64,000 nt of DNA from an uncultured bacterium (GCA_963736115.1 CAVTNR010000014.1:208371-272370); one strand, 5' to 3'; positions 39,624 to 50,160 are shown, counted from the stretch's first letter. Notes: a model not told the origin generated them from the letters alone. Translations and numbers: made by a program.

Positions 39624-41270
39624 CTAGTAAATCCCCTTCATCGCGATGGGCATGCGCCGGCCCGATCCGAAGGCCTTGGGGAAGAGTTTGAGGCCGGGCG
39701 CGGCTTGCCGCCTTTTGAATTCACTTGCCGTAATCGCGGTCATGACCCACCGGACCGTCTCCGGAGCAAAGCCTTTTAAAATTATTTCGGATCCGGACAG
39801 GCCTTCCTCCAGGACATGATGCAGAATCGCATCCAGGGTCTCGTACGGCGGAAGCGTGTCCTGATCCTTCTGGCCGGGCCGGAGCTCGGCGGACGGAGGC
39901 CTTGTGAAGCAACGGCGCGGGATGATCTCCCGCTTTCGGTTCACATATTCCGCGAGACGGTACACCCGGGTTTTGGGGACATCCGCGATGACGGAAAGCC
40001 CGCCGCTCATGTCTCCGTATAATGTGCAGTATCCGACGGACAATTCGCTCTTGTTGCCCGTGGACAAGGTGAGGTGTCCGAACTTGTTGGAGAAAGCCAT
40101 GAGCAGATTTCCGCGTATCCGCGCCTGGATGTTCTCCTCGGCCGGACCGGACGTCGTGCCGTGGAACGGTTCCGAAAGGGCGTCCTGATACGCGCGGACC
40201 AGGCCGGAGATCGGAATCACCCGGTATTCCACGCCGAGGCCGGTTGCGAGCAGTCGCGCGTCCTCCTCGCTGTCCGGAGAGGAATAATCAGACGGCATGG
40301 CGACGCCGAGCATATTCTCCGGTCCGAGCGCCTCGGCGGCCAGACTGCACACCAGCGCCGAGTCAATGCCGCCAGACAGGCCGAGAACCGCTTTCCGGAA
40401 GCCGCATTTGTTGAGGTAATCGCGGATGCCGAGAATCAGGGCGTCGTGCATGGAGGAGACGGAATCCGGGGGGACGAAATCGCCGCAGCGGCCGGCTGTC
40501 GTCGAATCCACCACGGCCAGGTCCTCTGAAAAACCGGCCAGCTCGGCCATGAGTCTCCCGTCCGGGGAAAGGGCCAGGCTGCGGCCGTCGAAGATCAGTT
40601 CGTCGTTGCCGCCGACCTGGTTGACCAGAAAGAAGGGAAGCCGGTGCCGCATCGCATGTCCCCGTGCCAGTTCCCATCGCGCGGTTTCCTTGCCGATGTA
40701 GAAAGGGGACGCCGACAGGTTGATGAGTATGGTGGCGCCCTTTCCGGCCAGCCGCCGGACCGGGTCCAGCGGGTACGTCCGGCCGCCGGGCAGGGCCGTT
40801 TCGCACCAGGCATCCTCGCATATCGTGATGCCGAGCGTTTCCCCGTCCATGCGGAAGACATCGGTGTCCGCGGCCGGTTCGAAATAACGGCTTTCGTCGA
40901 AAACATCGTATGTGGGGAGGAGTGTTTTATCCTGCCGGAATTGGACGCCGCCGTTGCGGATCAGGAAGGCGGAATTGGTAAGGGGCTTTCCCGTCTTTTT
41001 CAGGGAACGGCCGACGGATCCGATCAGCAGACCGGTATCCGGAAAATTCCTGGACAGAACACAGCAGGCGGCCAGCGCTTTTTCCGAAGCTTCGAGAAAA
41101 GCGCCCCGTTCCAGCAGATCCCTCGGCGGATAACCGGTCAGGCACAATTCCGAGAAAACAACCAGCTGCGCGCCGGCCGCGGCCGCGCGTTCGGCCGCAT
41201 CCCGGATCCGTGCCAGGTTGCCCTCCATGTCCCCGACCGTCGGATTCAATTGGGCCAGGCCGATATTCAC
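39624..41270 (-). CDS. nadE: Glutamine-dependent NAD+ synthetase
   Basis: Nitrilase domain (ELCLTGYPP, LPTYDVFDE, ICED) plus SGGIDS, TGNKSE and PSAELRP. Confidence 0.95.
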   Translation of the reverse strand: MNIGLAQLNPTVGDMEGNLARIRDAAERAAAAGAQLVVFSELCLTGYPPRDLLERGAFLEASEKALAACCVLSRNFPDTGLLIGSVGRSLKKTGKPLTNSAFLIRNGGVQFRQDKTLLPTYDVFDESRYFEPAADTDVFRMDGETLGITICEDAWCETALPGGRTYPLDPVRRLAGKGATILINLSASPFYIGKETARWELARGHAMRHRLPFFLVNQVGGNDELIFDGRSLALSPDGRLMAELAGFSEDLAVVDSTTAGRCGDFVPPDSVSSMHDALILGIRDYLNKCGFRKAVLGLSGGIDSALVCSLAAEALGPENMLGVAMPSDYSSPDSEEDARLLATGLGVEYRVIPISGLVRAYQDALSEPFHGTTSGPAEENIQARIRGNLLMAFSNKFGHLTLSTGNKSELSVGYCTLYGDMSGGLSVIADVPKTRVYRLAEYVNRKREIIPRRCFTRPPSAELRPGQKDQDTLPPYETLDAILHHVLEEGLSGSEIILKGFAPETVRWVMTAITASEFKRRQAAPGLKLFPKAFGSGRRMPIAMKGIY

Positions 41271-41298
41271 GTCTGTCCGCTCCGGACTGCCTGCAGGC

Positions 41299-42063
41299 TC
41301 ATGACTGCTTCACCTCATTCCAGACCGCGTCCATTTCCTCGAGCGTGCGGCTTTCCAATGAAAGCCCCTTCTCCCGGAAAACGGCCTCCATCCGTCTGAA
41401 CCGGTCCATGAATTTGTCCACAGCAGCGGACAGGCATTCTTCGGGGTGGAGGCGCAGGAAACGGGACAGGTTGACCATGGAAAAGAGAAAGTCACCGAAT
41501 TCCTCATGGATGCGGTCCGGACGGCCCGACTCCATTTCCGCCTCGAGCTCGGCCAATTCCTCCCGGACCTTGCCGAGGACGGGTTCCGGGGATTTCCAGT
41601 CAAATCCGACTGTCGCGGCTTTCTGCTGGACCCGGTAGGCGCGGAGCAGGGCAGGCGCGGTCCTGGGCACGCCGTCCAGCACGGAGAATTTGCCTTCCTG
41701 TTTCTTGATCTTCTCCCAATGACGGGTCTGCTCCTCAGCGGTCCGGATGTCCGCCTCAGCGAACACATGCGGGTGGCGCCGGACGAGTTTCTCGTTGATG
41801 CCCCGGATCACGTCGGTCATTGTGAATCCGCCTTTTTCCTCCGCGAGGCGGGAGTGAAAAACGATTTGCAGGAGAAGATCGCCGAGTTCTTCGGCCAGGC
41901 CTTCGCCGTCCGGCCGGTCGATGGAATCGAGCACCTCGTAAGCCTCTTCCAGCAGGTACGGTTTCATGGACGCATGGGTCTGTTCTCGGTCCCAGGGGCA
42001 TCCTTCAGGGCCGCGGAGGATGGATACGATTTCAACCAGTCTTTCGAATTCCTTTTGAGCCAA
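41299..42063 (-). CDS. mazG: Nucleoside triphosphate pyrophosphohydrolase MazG
   Basis: GCPWDREQTH, EELGDLLLQ, RRHPHVF and EEFGDFLF motifs. Confidence 0.95.
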   Translation of the reverse strand: MAQKEFERLVEIVSILRGPEGCPWDREQTHASMKPYLLEEAYEVLDSIDRPDGEGLAEELGDLLLQIVFHSRLAEEKGGFTMTDVIRGINEKLVRRHPHVFAEADIRTAEEQTRHWEKIKKQEGKFSVLDGVPRTAPALLRAYRVQQKAATVGFDWKSPEPVLGKVREELAELEAEMESGRPDRIHEEFGDFLFSMVNLSRFLRLHPEECLSAAVDKFMDRFRRMEAVFREKGLSLESRTLEEMDAVWNEVKQS

Positions 42064-42236
42064 GCGGATCTCCGAAAAATGAAGAGAGCGTGAAGGGGCC
42101 GGTTTCAGGCGGAATATAACCCAACCGGAGGAGAGCGCGGCATGCTTGAGACTGTTCGCTCCAGCCTGATGTCAATTTCGCTAAAATCGCACCGGATTGC
42201 AAGCGGATTTTGACCTTGTTCTATGCGGAATGCGGC

Positions 42237-42265
42237 TTGATTCTTTGCAAGGACTTGTTTATATT
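42237..42265 (+). promoter_or_regulatory. Sigma70-type promoter ending 6 nt before the ATG (possible leaderless mRNA)
   Basis: TTGATT-17 nt-TATATT, then GGGTTG, then ATG at 42272. Confidence 0.5.
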
Positions 42266-42271
42266 GGGTTG

Positions 42272-42910
42272 ATGAAAAGGCGGAAGCAAGACAGCCCGGT
42301 GCGCCAGTGCATGGCCTGCAGGAAACACGATTCGAAGCCGAACCTGCTCCGCATCGTACGCAGACCGTCCGGAGTGATTGAGTTTGACCCGGAACAGAGC
42401 CAGGACGGCCGCGGAGCGTATGTATGCGCTGAAGCGCGGTGCCTCTCCGGATCGCGCGAAGCCGGCCTGATCGGCCGGCACCTCAAGCGGCCGGATGCGG
42501 CCGCCGTGTATCTGGCGGCGGCGGAGCATCTAAAAAAGCGCAGGCCCGTATCCGCGGAAAGCCTCATCGGGTTCGCGGTCCGTTCCGGCAGTTGTTCCTT
42601 CGGTGTCGAAGCCGTGGAAATCGAAGCCGCGCGAAACAAGATCCGTCTGTTAGTGCTGTGCCCGCACGCGGGTTCAGACACGCGCCATAAAATGCAATCA
42701 CTCGCTGAGCGCGGCTCCGTTCCGCTGATCTTTTTCAACGGGAAACGGACGCTCGGCGATTCTGTCGGAAAGCCCAATTGCCGGATTCTCGGCGTCCGCG
42801 ATTCCGGATTCGCGAAGGCCATTCTGGCGGCCGCTTCCGCTCCTGTTCCGGGTAAAAAACCGATCCAGGACCCGGTCCGGGAGCGCGATGAAAGGTCCGA
42901 TGAACGGTAA
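42272..42910 (+). CDS. YlxR/DUF448 fused to an L7Ae-like RNA-binding domain
   Basis: PVRQCMACR and GRGAYVC (DUF448); LIGFAVRSG...LGDSVGK...ILGVRDSGFA (L7Ae/YlxQ-like). Confidence 0.8.
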   Translation: MKRRKQDSPVRQCMACRKHDSKPNLLRIVRRPSGVIEFDPEQSQDGRGAYVCAEARCLSGSREAGLIGRHLKRPDAAAVYLAAAEHLKKRRPVSAESLIGFAVRSGSCSFGVEAVEIEAARNKIRLLVLCPHAGSDTRHKMQSLAERGSVPLIFFNGKRTLGDSVGKPNCRILGVRDSGFAKAILAAASAPVPGKKPIQDPVRERDERSDER

Positions 42911-44609
42911 AATCCACATCCTTCCCGAACAGGTCATGAAGCGCATCGCGGCCGGGGAAGTCGTGGAGCGTCCGGCCTCCGTGGTCAAAGAACTGGTTGA
43001 GAACGCCCTGGACGCAGGCGCCTCGTCCGTGACCGTCGTGCTCAAGGGCGGAGGCCTGGAACGCATCCAGGTCACGGATGACGGCGAAGGCATGAGCGAG
43101 GCGGACGCCATGGCCTGCACCCGGCGGCACGCCACCAGCAAAATCACCAGGGCGGAAGATCTGGAGGAGATCCGCACACTGGGTTTCCGGGGGGAGGCCC
43201 TGGCCAGCATCGGGTCCGTCTCGCGAATGGAAATCGTCACGCGCACGGAACCGGACGAGGAGGCCACACAGGTCGTGCTCGAAAACGGCGAGATCCGGGA
43301 CGTCCTCAAGGCGGGAGCGCCGCGAGGAACATCAGTCATTGTCAAGGATCTCTTCGCCTTTGTCCCGGCCCGGCGGAAATTCCTGAAAAGTCCGCCCGCC
43401 GAACTGCGACATGCGGTGACGGCGGTGCGCCGTCTCGCGCTTTCGCACCCGGCGACCGGGTTCTCCCTCTTCATCGAGGGGGACAAGGTGCTTGACGCGG
43501 CTCCGGAATCCCTGCGTGATCGGGTGCGGCGCATGCTGGGAGAGGAGAAGGCGGCGCGCCTCGTCCCGGTGCGGGGCCAGTCGCCCGGCCTCGGCCTCGA
43601 GGGCTTCGTGCACAAACCGGGCATGGGAGGCCGGACCCGGGATGATCAGTTTTTCTTCATCAACCGGCGTTTTTTTCAGAGCCGCAACCTGCTGCATGCC
43701 GTATCCTCCGCGTACGGGACGCGGCTTTCACAGGGCGAATTCCCCTTTTTCATCCTTTTTCTGGAGATGGAACCGTCGCGGTTCGATGCGAACGTCCATC
43801 CGACGAAAATCGAGGTCCGGTTCGCGGACGAACGCTTTCTGCATGACCAGGTCCGGCATTGGGTGGAGGAGGCGCTGAAGACGCCTGAATCCGCGGCTGA
43901 ACTGCGCCTGGTCACCGGACTCCGCGGCTTTCCGCAAGCCGGACGGCGTCCGGCCGCTCCGACCGACTACGGACAGCTCTCCCTGGCCGTTCAGGCGCAG
44001 ACTCCGGCCCCCGCCGGCGAGAAACCCGGCCGGACCGAGGAGCCCTCTTTCTGGCAGATTCAGAACCGCTATATTCTGTCCCGCATCCGAAGCGGATTGA
44101 TCCTCATCGACCAGCACGTCGCTCATGAACGCATCCTCTATGAACAGGCGATGAAATCCATGTCCGAGCGCGAGGGGCTTTCGCAGCAGTTGCTTTTTCC
44201 GACCACCGTCGAGCTCGCTCCGGATGACTATCTCGCCTTGACCGAGATCCTGCCCGCACTCCAGCGCATCGGTTTCGGGATACGGGAATTCGGAAGAAAC
44301 ACCGTGGTGATTGAATCCGTGCCCGTGGAGGTGCGCGGCGGGGACGAAAAGTCTCTGCTCGCGGAGTTGATCGCCCAATACCGGGAGGAAGCGGCATCCG
44401 GAGAGCCGCTTTACGAGCGCATCGCCAAGGCTTATTCCTGCAAATCGGCGGTGAAAGCGGGGGAGAAGCTCAGCGCCGTTGAAATGGAGTCCCTGGTCGA
44501 CCGGCTGTTCGCGGCCGAAAACCCCTATTTCTGCCCGCATGGCCGGCCGGTGGTCGTGAACCTGACCGTCGAGGAGATCGACCGGCGTTTCGGCCGGAAT
44601 CCGCAATGA
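42900..44609 (+). CDS. mutL: DNA mismatch repair endonuclease MutL
   Basis: IAAGEVVERP, GFRGEAL, DQHVAHERILYE and CPHGRP motifs. Confidence 0.97.
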   Translation: MNGKIHILPEQVMKRIAAGEVVERPASVVKELVENALDAGASSVTVVLKGGGLERIQVTDDGEGMSEADAMACTRRHATSKITRAEDLEEIRTLGFRGEALASIGSVSRMEIVTRTEPDEEATQVVLENGEIRDVLKAGAPRGTSVIVKDLFAFVPARRKFLKSPPAELRHAVTAVRRLALSHPATGFSLFIEGDKVLDAAPESLRDRVRRMLGEEKAARLVPVRGQSPGLGLEGFVHKPGMGGRTRDDQFFFINRRFFQSRNLLHAVSSAYGTRLSQGEFPFFILFLEMEPSRFDANVHPTKIEVRFADERFLHDQVRHWVEEALKTPESAAELRLVTGLRGFPQAGRRPAAPTDYGQLSLAVQAQTPAPAGEKPGRTEEPSFWQIQNRYILSRIRSGLILIDQHVAHERILYEQAMKSMSEREGLSQQLLFPTTVELAPDDYLALTEILPALQRIGFGIREFGRNTVVIESVPVEVRGGDEKSLLAELIAQYREEAASGEPLYERIAKAYSCKSAVKAGEKLSAVEMESLVDRLFAAENPYFCPHGRPVVVNLTVEEIDRRFGRNPQ

Positions 44610-45553
44610 CCCGGGCGGGCCTGCGTCGACCGGCCGTCCCGATCATCGTTGGACCCACGGCCTCGGGTAAAACCGGGTTGTCTCTGATGGTGGCGCGGCG
44701 GATTCCCGCGGAGATCGTGTCCGCGGACTCGCGCCAGGTGTACAGACGGATGGACATCGGGACGGCCAAACCGGATCCGGACGCCAGGCGCATCGTTCCG
44801 CATCACTGCATCGACATCGCGGATCCTTCCGAGTCATTCAACGCGGGACGGTTCGCGGACGCAGGGCGGGCCATAGTGGCCGATATCCTGTCCCGGCAAC
44901 GTCTGCCCGTGGCTGTCGGCGGGTCGGGTCTTTACCTCCGGGCGCTCGTGGACGGGCTGTTCGACGGCGGGTTCCGGGATCACGGCCTGCGGAGCCGGCT
45001 GACCCGCGAGGCGGCCGAATCCGGAACAACCGGGCTTCACAACCGTCTTCGCATCGCCGATCCGGAAGCGGCGGAGAGAATCCATCCGAACGACCTCAAG
45101 CGCATCGTCCGTGCCCTGGAAGTGGCGGAACTGTCCGGCCGGCCGATGTCCCGGATTCAGCGGGAGGAAACCCGGCCCGCTGATTTCAACGCGCTCTGGT
45201 ACGGAGTCCGTTGGCCGCGAGACGATCTCAACCGGCGTATCGACAGGCGTGTCGACCGGATGATGGAGGCCGGTTTTCTCGAAGAGGTCCGCGGCCTCCT
45301 GGCATCCGGCCTGACTGCGGCGGATCCTGCCATGGATGCGCTCGGGTACCGGGAACTGACGGCCCATCTTCAGGGCCGTCTGACTTTGGACGATGCGGTG
45401 GAGGAGATCAAAAAGCGAACCCGTCAGTTCGCGAAACGGCAGATGACCTGGTTCAGGCCGGACGGCCGTATCCGCTGGTTCGATGTAAATGACGAATCGG
45501 ATTTCGAGGCATTGGCGGAAATCATCGTGCGTGAAGCCGGCCGATCCGGCTGA
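44606..45553 (+). CDS. miaA: tRNA dimethylallyltransferase
   Basis: GPTASGKT, DSRQVYRRMDIGTAKP and AKRQMTWF motifs. Confidence 0.97.
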   Translation: MTRAGLRRPAVPIIVGPTASGKTGLSLMVARRIPAEIVSADSRQVYRRMDIGTAKPDPDARRIVPHHCIDIADPSESFNAGRFADAGRAIVADILSRQRLPVAVGGSGLYLRALVDGLFDGGFRDHGLRSRLTREAAESGTTGLHNRLRIADPEAAERIHPNDLKRIVRALEVAELSGRPMSRIQREETRPADFNALWYGVRWPRDDLNRRIDRRVDRMMEAGFLEEVRGLLASGLTAADPAMDALGYRELTAHLQGRLTLDDAVEEIKKRTRQFAKRQMTWFRPDGRIRWFDVNDESDFEALAEIIVREAGRSG

Positions 45554-45660
45554 ACGGAAACGGGCTGGTACGGCCCGAAAAAACCGCCGGACCGACTGTG
45601 ATTGCGCGGTGTCCTGCGGTGTTTGGAAAAACGGACAGTCATCTTAATGAGAGGTGTGCC

Positions 45661-47736
45661 ATGAAAACCGTCATGGGTAAAATCCGGTATTTCGCGGTGC
45701 CGGCCTTCCTGATCCTCTTCCTGCCCTGTGTCGCGGACGAGGGGATGTGGTCATTCGACAATCCGCCGCTCAAGCCGCTCAGGGAAAAATACGGTTTTGA
45801 CGCCGGCCAGGAATGGCTCGACCACGTGCGCCTGGCCAGCGTGCGGTTCATGGACGGCGGGTCGGGATCTTTCGTGAGCCCGAACGGGCTGGTGCTGACC
45901 AATCACCACGTCGCGGTCGGACAGCTCCAGAAAATGTCCACGCCGGAGAAGGATTTCGTATCCGTCGGCTTCTACGCCGAGAAGCCGGAGAATGAATCGC
46001 CCTGTCCGGACCTCGAGGTCAACGTGCTGGTCTCCATGGAAGACGTCACCGGACGCGTCCGTTCCGCTGTCTCGGACGGGATGAACGCCGAGCAGGCGCT
46101 GAAGGCACGGGAGGCCGAAATCGCGGCCATTGAAAACGAGTGTCAGGAGAAAACCGGTTTAAAGCCCGAAGTGGTTCGGCTGTACCACGGAGGGGAATAC
46201 TGGCTCTACCGCTATAAAAAATACACCGACATCCGCCTCGTCATGGCGCCGGAGCGCATGGCGGCTTATTACGGCGGAGACTCGGACAATTTCACCTTTC
46301 CCCGTTACGATCTGGATATGGCCTTCTTCCGCGTTTACGAGAACGGACAGCCGGTGCGTCCGGAGGCCTGGCTGAAATGGAACGCTGCCGGCGCAGGCGA
46401 GGAGGAGCTGGTGTTCGTGTCCGGGCATCCGGGCTCGACCGACCGGCTCTACACACTGGCCCAGCTCGAGTATCAGCGGGATCTGCAATATCCGATGACC
46501 CTCACGTACATCGGCCGCCGCATCGACATCCTGCACGAATACATGAAAGCCGGACCGGAACAGCACCGCCGCGGGTTGATCCAGCTTTTCGGCCTGGAGA
46601 ATTCGAAAAAGGCGCTCACCGGGGAATACCAGGGACTGCAGGACCCGTCCTTATTCGTCAAGAAAAAGGCGGAGGAGGACGCGCTCCGGAAAACGGTCGC
46701 GTCCAGGCCGGAATGGAAGAAAGCGTATTCCGGCGCATGGAAAAACATCGAAAAAGCCGTCTCCAAACAGAGGGAAAGGGCGCGATTCAACTTTTACAGG
46801 AGGATTTTCGGATCCCGCATGTACGGAATCGCGAATCAGATTGTTTTTTATGCCGGCGAAACCGTGAAACCCGAATCCGAGCGTCTGGACGGATATCATG
46901 CGTCCCAGCTGGAGGAACTGAAATTCCATCTCTTCTCTCCTGCTCCGGTTTACAGGGACCTCGAGGAGGCGAACCTGGCCGGATGCCTGAAGCTGTCCCT
47001 GGAGGAGCTCGGACCGGACGATCCGTTTTTAAAGATCGTGCTGAACGGTCAAACTCCGGAGGCGGCCGCTTCGGATCTGATCCGCGGGACCGGATTGGAA
47101 TCCGTGGAAATGCGCAGACGGCTCATCGAAGGGGGCCGGTCGGCTGTGGATACCTGCCGGGATCCCCTCATCGTCCTGGCCCGCAAACTCGAGCCGACCG
47201 CCCGTGAAGGCATTCAATGGCGGAAAAAGAACGTTGAAAGCGTTATGTCCGCGGGCACGGAACTGATCGCCCAGGCCGTGTTCGCGGCTTACGGCAAGGA
47301 CCAGTATCCGGACGCGACTTTCACATTGCGTCTTTCCTACGGAGCCGTCCGCGGATTCCCGATGAATGGCACGCTCGCGCCCTATAAAACGACGCTTTAC
47401 GGACTGTACGACCGCGCGCTCAGTTTCGACCGCAAGGGCGATTTCGATCCGCCCATCCGCTTCTGGGAGCGTCGAGACAGTTTGAACCTGGCCACACCCG
47501 TGAATTTTGTCTCCACATGCGACATTATCGGCGGCAATTCCGGATCGCCTGTTCTGAACCGCTCCGGAGAGCTGGTTGGGCTGGTTTTCGACGGGAACAT
47601 CGAGAGCTTGGTCGGACGTTTCGTGTACGACGACGCGAAGAACCGCACCGTGGCGGTTCACTCGGCTTACATCATCGAGGCTTTGCGAAAATTGTACGAC
47701 GCCTCCATCCTGGCCGATGAAATCGAGGGTCGATGA
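45661..47736 (+). CDS. Peptidase S46 (dipeptidyl-peptidase 7/11-like)
   Basis: Signal peptide, then ADEGMW, LTNHHV, PDATFTLRLSYG and DIIGGNSGSPV. Confidence 0.92.
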   Translation: MKTVMGKIRYFAVPAFLILFLPCVADEGMWSFDNPPLKPLREKYGFDAGQEWLDHVRLASVRFMDGGSGSFVSPNGLVLTNHHVAVGQLQKMSTPEKDFVSVGFYAEKPENESPCPDLEVNVLVSMEDVTGRVRSAVSDGMNAEQALKAREAEIAAIENECQEKTGLKPEVVRLYHGGEYWLYRYKKYTDIRLVMAPERMAAYYGGDSDNFTFPRYDLDMAFFRVYENGQPVRPEAWLKWNAAGAGEEELVFVSGHPGSTDRLYTLAQLEYQRDLQYPMTLTYIGRRIDILHEYMKAGPEQHRRGLIQLFGLENSKKALTGEYQGLQDPSLFVKKKAEEDALRKTVASRPEWKKAYSGAWKNIEKAVSKQRERARFNFYRRIFGSRMYGIANQIVFYAGETVKPESERLDGYHASQLEELKFHLFSPAPVYRDLEEANLAGCLKLSLEELGPDDPFLKIVLNGQTPEAAASDLIRGTGLESVEMRRRLIEGGRSAVDTCRDPLIVLARKLEPTAREGIQWRKKNVESVMSAGTELIAQAVFAAYGKDQYPDATFTLRLSYGAVRGFPMNGTLAPYKTTLYGLYDRALSFDRKGDFDPPIRFWERRDSLNLATPVNFVSTCDIIGGNSGSPVLNRSGELVGLVFDGNIESLVGRFVYDDAKNRTVAVHSAYIIEALRKLYDASILADEIEGR

Positions 47737-48797
47737 AGCGCGGAAAGGCCGCTGAACAGAAGAAACGGCCCTTCGCCGGCCGGCGCCCGACGCCGGCCGG
47801 CCGCAGGGCATTCCGGCCTGATCCCGTCCGTTACGAAAAAACGGTCTACCGTGCCTGCGGCCGCAGCGGACTGAAACTGCCGCCGGTTTCCCTCGGATTG
47901 TGGCACAACTTCGGGGACGTGGACAAGTCCGCGGACGGACGGCGGATCGTGCTCCGGGCCTTTGATCTGGGCGTGACGCATTTCGACCTGGCCAACAACT
48001 ACGGCCCGCCTCCCGGATCAGCTGAGACGAACTTCGGCCGCATCCTGAAGGCGGATCTGGCTTCGCATCGCGATGAGCTGATCATTTCCACGAAAGCGGG
48101 ATACCGGATGTGGCCCGGACCCTACGGAGAATGGGGTTCGCGCAAATACCTGCTGGCCAGTTTGGACCAAAGTCTGGGACGTCTGAGTCTGGAGTACGTC
48201 GACATCTATTATTCCCACCGGTACGATCCGGAAACGCCGCTGGAGGAGACCGCTTCAAGCCTGGCCCAGGCCGTCCGCTCCGGAAAGGCGTTGTACGCAG
48301 GCATATCGAATTACCCGCCAGGCCCGACTAAAGCCATCGCGTCAATGCTGAGATCCGAGGACATCCGCCTGCTCATCCATCAGATGAAATATTCCATGTT
48401 CGTCCGTGAGCCGGAATCGGGTCTTTTCGGAGCGCTCGAATCAGAGGGCATCGGCGGCATCGCCTTTTCGCCACTGGCCCAAGGGCTCCTGACCGACCGG
48501 TACCGGACGGGCATTCCGGCCGATTCGCGCGCCGCAAAGCCGCACGGTTTTCTTCACGAATCGGACATCACTCCGGAGCGCCTGGAGAGCATCCGCAGCC
48601 TGAACGCGATCGCGCAAAGGCGCGGCCAAACCCTGGCCCAGATGGCCATCGCCTGGGTGCTCCGTCAGCCGGTCGTCACCTCCGCCCTGATCGGCGCGAG
48701 CCGTGTGGAACAGCTTGAATCCAACCTGAAAGCGACGGAGAATCCATCCTTCGGAGAGAACGAACTGGCGGAAATCGACGGCATACTCGGTTCCTGA
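47733..48797 (+). CDS. Aldo/keto reductase (L-glyceraldehyde-3-phosphate reductase, YghZ-like)
   Basis: SLGLWHNFG, FDLANNYGPPPGSAE and FSPLAQGLLT motifs. Confidence 0.92.
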   Translation: MKRGKAAEQKKRPFAGRRPTPAGRRAFRPDPVRYEKTVYRACGRSGLKLPPVSLGLWHNFGDVDKSADGRRIVLRAFDLGVTHFDLANNYGPPPGSAETNFGRILKADLASHRDELIISTKAGYRMWPGPYGEWGSRKYLLASLDQSLGRLSLEYVDIYYSHRYDPETPLEETASSLAQAVRSGKALYAGISNYPPGPTKAIASMLRSEDIRLLIHQMKYSMFVREPESGLFGALESEGIGGIAFSPLAQGLLTDRYRTGIPADSRAAKPHGFLHESDITPERLESIRSLNAIAQRRGQTLAQMAIAWVLRQPVVTSALIGASRVEQLESNLKATENPSFGENELAEIDGILGS

Positions 48798-48929
48798 ATG
48801 TCTCCCCGCAGGCGGCCCGGACAGCCCGCGAAACCGCGGTCCGTTCTTCGCCGCGGGCCAACTTTTTTCCCGTTATTCCGTATATATTGAGAGACAAGTC
48901 ATCTCACAAGGCAATTCAAGGAGAGCGGG

Positions 48930-49880
48930 ATGAAACATTCAGGAACGGAAAAACGGATTCGAACGGCCGTGGCCGTGGCCGCGGTACTGGCCGTGTCCAT
49001 GGCTTTCAGCGCGGACGAAACAGTAACGCGGTCGTTCACCGCTGAGCCGGGCGGTCGCCTGGTGGTGGACATGGACATGGGACGGATCGAATTGCAATCG
49101 CACTCCTCGAATGAAGTGCGCGTAGACGCGGAATTCGAAAAGGAAGGCTGGAGCCGGGACCGGATACACCGGTTCATCGAAGATTTCGGACTGGAGTTCA
49201 GCCACTCCGCTGGCACCGTGACGGTGCGTTCGGATTACGGTCTGGGGAACGGGAGATCCTGGTTTTCAAGTCAAAAGCATCCGAATATCCGCATCCGGAT
49301 TCTGGTTCCGGCTGTATTCGACGCGGAACTGCGCACGTCCGGCGGATCGGTCTCGGTGGGCGATTTGCAGGGACGGGTGGACGCGAAGACTTCAGGCGGC
49401 GGTCTTGAATTCGGCAGCATCCGCGGCACCGTGAACGGCAGGACGTCGGGCGGGTCCGTGACTGTGGGGGACTGCAGCGGAGATGTGGATGTGCAGACCT
49501 CAGGAGGCAGTATCCGCGTGGGCCGCACGGAAGGGAACGTCCGCGTCCGGACTTCTGGCGGTTCCATCACGCTGGAGTCGGTTTCAGGGGATGTGACCGC
49601 GAAAACTTCGGGTGGCTCCATACGCGCGGTACTCACGAAGAACCCGACCGCCGACTGCTTTTTCGAGACATCCGGAGGCGGCATCACGGTGACCGCGCCT
49701 GCCGGTTTGAAGGCCGACATTGATGCCGGCACCAGCGGCGGACGGGTTTTCACTGATTTTCCGGTCACGGTGATTGGAGAAATCGATCCCCACCGGCTGT
49801 CGGCCCGGATCAACGGCGGCGGTCCGCAAATGATTCTGCGCACATCGGGCGGGGGAATCCGGCTGGAAAAGACGCCCTGA
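48930..49880 (+). CDS. DUF4097 family beta-strand repeat protein
   Basis: Signal peptide; about nine TSGG repeats. Confidence 0.85.
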   Translation: MKHSGTEKRIRTAVAVAAVLAVSMAFSADETVTRSFTAEPGGRLVVDMDMGRIELQSHSSNEVRVDAEFEKEGWSRDRIHRFIEDFGLEFSHSAGTVTVRSDYGLGNGRSWFSSQKHPNIRIRILVPAVFDAELRTSGGSVSVGDLQGRVDAKTSGGGLEFGSIRGTVNGRTSGGSVTVGDCSGDVDVQTSGGSIRVGRTEGNVRVRTSGGSITLESVSGDVTAKTSGGSIRAVLTKNPTADCFFETSGGGITVTAPAGLKADIDAGTSGGRVFTDFPVTVIGEIDPHRLSARINGGGPQMILRTSGGGIRLEKTP

Positions 49881-49982
49881 AGCAACGGCGGGTGATATCA
49901 TGCCTTCCATCCGCGCCTTTTGACAGCATCCGACCGGGCGGCTCGGTTTTTTTTACAGGAAACTCTGGGCAACCCTTCCGCG

Positions 49983-50125
49983 GTCGGCCGGCCGACAGAT
50001 CTTCAGACTCCGCGCGAAGCTCGGAGTCTGATAATCTAAAACAGGTCGGCACCGGAGTGCCGACTCGTTGATCAGCGGCCTATGGCCGCTGATCAACGCC
50101 ACCCGCTTCGCGGGTGGTAGTTTAC
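49983..50125. repeat. Cluster of five REP-like palindromes
   Basis: Hairpins at 49983-49996, 50003-50031, 50045-50064, 50066-50098 and 50099-50117; the last is followed by TAGTTTAC. Confidence 0.7.
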
Positions 50126-50160
50126 TCCGGAGCGGGTGAGCCGAAGTCTTCGCGCGCGCA

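Noticed and set aside
42094-42180. Possible riboswitch or tRNA upstream of mazG
   Set aside because: No cloverleaf or recognisable aptamer consensus; the TTGACA there has no matching -10 box
49330-49860. Nucleotide repeats in the DUF4097 gene
   Set aside because: Explained by the TSGG protein repeats of a known family
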